Below are positions 61,606-64,000 of a stretch of 64,000 nt of DNA, piece after piece. The notes under the pieces are model-generated. The model was not told the origin of the DNA and searched no databases. It saw only the letters and a list, made by a program, of their open reading frames with translations. The stretch is from Antedon mediterranea (taxonomy: Eukaryota > Animalia > Echinodermata). Where the stretch lies: contig NC_092680.1 of NCBI RefSeq assembly GCF_964355755.1, positions 7,440,001-7,504,000 of the forward strand. Direction: 5' to 3'. A program made the position numbers and the translations under genes. Each line of letters starts with the position of its first letter. Within the stretch, counting starts at the first letter, position 1.

Positions 61606-64000
61606 GTACATCATTATGTGAATTCTTAGGTATATTTATAACTATTTACAAGTGGCAGAGGTGATGTTTAACTTACTGGCTATCATTCAAATATTTAAAT
61701 GCAACATGATGTGACTTGTCACAAAAGGCATTTTCAAAGAAGCATTCAGCTGAAGTATAGATATCAAATACACTTTAAATATATTTTACATAGCTTTTCT
61801 CTTCATTGAATAATTGCAGACTCCATTTGTGCAGAAGAGTAGGTGAAATACGTATACTCATCTCAAACCAATTACAATAGCATTTTGTTTGTGTTTTGTT
61901 TTTATAATTTAAATTGGAAACCGTTGGAACTCCAACCCAAATCAGATGACTACACAACAAAAATGATAACAAAATATTGAATTACTGTAATTGGAACATC
62001 TGCTTCACAATTTAGAATTGACAAAACCACGCATTAAAAATTGGACTGTTGAATCCCAGCTTCCCTTGCATTATTTGGAGTAAAGTTTTATACTATTCAA
62101 TTTATTCCGAATTTTACACAATACAATAACATATACATCACACATGCTAGACCCAAGGGACTCCTAAAGCAAACTCAATCGCTTTCGATGGGACGTCCCA
62201 GTCCGCAGTGAAACATCTAAAAACATACAATAATTTCATTTCTGATTTACCAACCATATTGCAATGCAAGATTTCCTCCAAAAGCCTTACAAATATTGTT
62301 TAGAGAATGTGAAAAAAAATATACAGAATATTAAATTGACCACATAAAGTAAAGTTGGATTCAACAAATTCGCACGTCGCGAAATACAATAAACGCAAGT
62401 ACAGTAAAGTCAATCTACCTGAAGTGGTAGTGTCATTACAAATAAACACACAATTAAAATAGTACCCAATTTTTCATTTTTTTTTAAGTTAGAAAAATAA
62501 AACTTCAAAACATTCAACAACAAAAAGTCTCCCAAGACTAGATGAATGAAGATAAAATATATCACCAAAAAAATGTTGTTGAGCTTTATCAAGCACATTT
62601 ATTAAAATACAAAGCAGATACTAAAGACTAGCTTCTATACTAAAGCAAATTATTCCATAATCACAAGATATTACGGTTTTTGTCAACATCTATTAATGAA
62701 GTACAGCAAAGATATGTTGGAAAAGCTGTAGACAACATACTGACAATAGACACAATAAAACCAGTTAGAACTGGTTGAATCCGGTATAATCTAATCTGCA
62801 ATCTATTTTGTTATCAATGCTGTAATATTTCTTGAGCTACCAACCAATTTAAAAACTGATGTAAACAGCAACACATTTCAGATTCATAAAACAAACTGCT
62901 AAAATGGTTATTATAAAGGCTCAAGAAGAAGTTTCAGTTTTTAATTAGCTAATAAACTTTGTGGTATTAATCTAATCTTGACATTTTATTTCTCAAATGA
63001 TTACATAATATAAATTCTTCTAAATAAAGTACAATGCAAGGACTGACGGGGGAAGTAATTTCTAGTTGAAATTTCATCAAATAACAAACCGGAAACCAGT
63101 AGATTTTCTAGATCCATGGTAAGCATCAGTTTTACCTTCCCCAAATGAAATTACGACTGGCCGAAAGAAAATGATTTCTGCTGTGTTTTAATATTCTGCT
63201 CAATGTAGCAGAGGTACACTCTCAAAGTACTGTCTTTATATACATGAAATCGAAGATAATTACATATTTATCTTAACTACAGAACACATCAAAAATAGAT
63301 TACACTTGTCTGAGGTACTAATAGAGTGTAAATATGACCATTTAAAAGCTGAGAATTTTCCACATACTGACAAAATATACCTAAAATACAATTTTGTAAA
63401 ATGAATTATGAATATTTAACAGGGTGTTATTACATGTTGCCAGGCATTACCATTTATTAACAGTCAGAAAAATACTTACTTTAAAATATCTATATTGTTC
63501 TGATCTTATATAGATTTCTGCAAAAATAAGACTAACTGTCACTCAGAAGAAAAGTAGAAAAAAAAAATATCAGAATAGGCTCTTTTAACCATTATGGAAA
63601 AACTTTAGTACGAGTGAAAATAATGCATAAATAAAATTCAGGTATTATGTAAATTTCATAAAATGAAAACAGGAGACCAACTACATGCTAGAATCGGAGA
63701 AAAATATCCAGTAAAAATAAGCAATGTACAAGCAAGATGAAACATTCCATTGGCGACGATATATCATGAAACTTCTTGTGTTCAGGTGATAAAACTCTAA
63801 ATTGGTCCATAAAATACAAAAAATAATCTAGGAACAGTTTACAAAAATCTGCTTACTTTTTTACAATAATTCTACAAAAAAAAAAAAACACACTTAGACA
63901 GTTATTTACAAAAATTCTTCAGACACAATGCTTGACAAAAAGTAGACATCCCCAAAGCAAAGACCCTTCAGGCAGGAGTACAGAACAAAGACCCTTCAGG

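Overview
AT-rich, intron-rich animal genomic DNA, probably a marine invertebrate (Deu-domain SINEs and single IQGAP and WHAMM/JMY genes fit this; the taxon is inferred). Most ORFs in the supplied track are spurious, so genes were assembled by hand from GT-AG exons with consistent phase. There are four genes in two head-to-head pairs: IQGAP (minus; 5' part, 19 coding exons, running off the left edge, with a 23.5-kb intron), KXD1 (plus; complete, 152 aa), a short FAM184-family coiled-coil gene (minus; ~396 aa) and a WHAMM/JMY-family actin nucleation-promoting factor (plus; 743 aa). The introns hold many non-autonomous mobile elements: tRNA-headed Deu-SINEs, PIF/Harbinger derivatives with Myb/SANT remnants, Kolobok-like TTAA elements, a Helitron, nested insertions, a palindromic MITE family and minisatellites. 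Most notable are three minimal type-I hammerhead ribozyme motifs in WHAMM/JMY introns (Penelope/retrozyme type; two show U3-A8 covariation, and both sense copies carry G12A), an intact tRNA-like cloverleaf with an ATC anticodon, a candidate 27-nt IQGAP microexon and a Trp-less acidic tail in WHAMM/JMY. I found no evidence of a wholly new multi-gene system.
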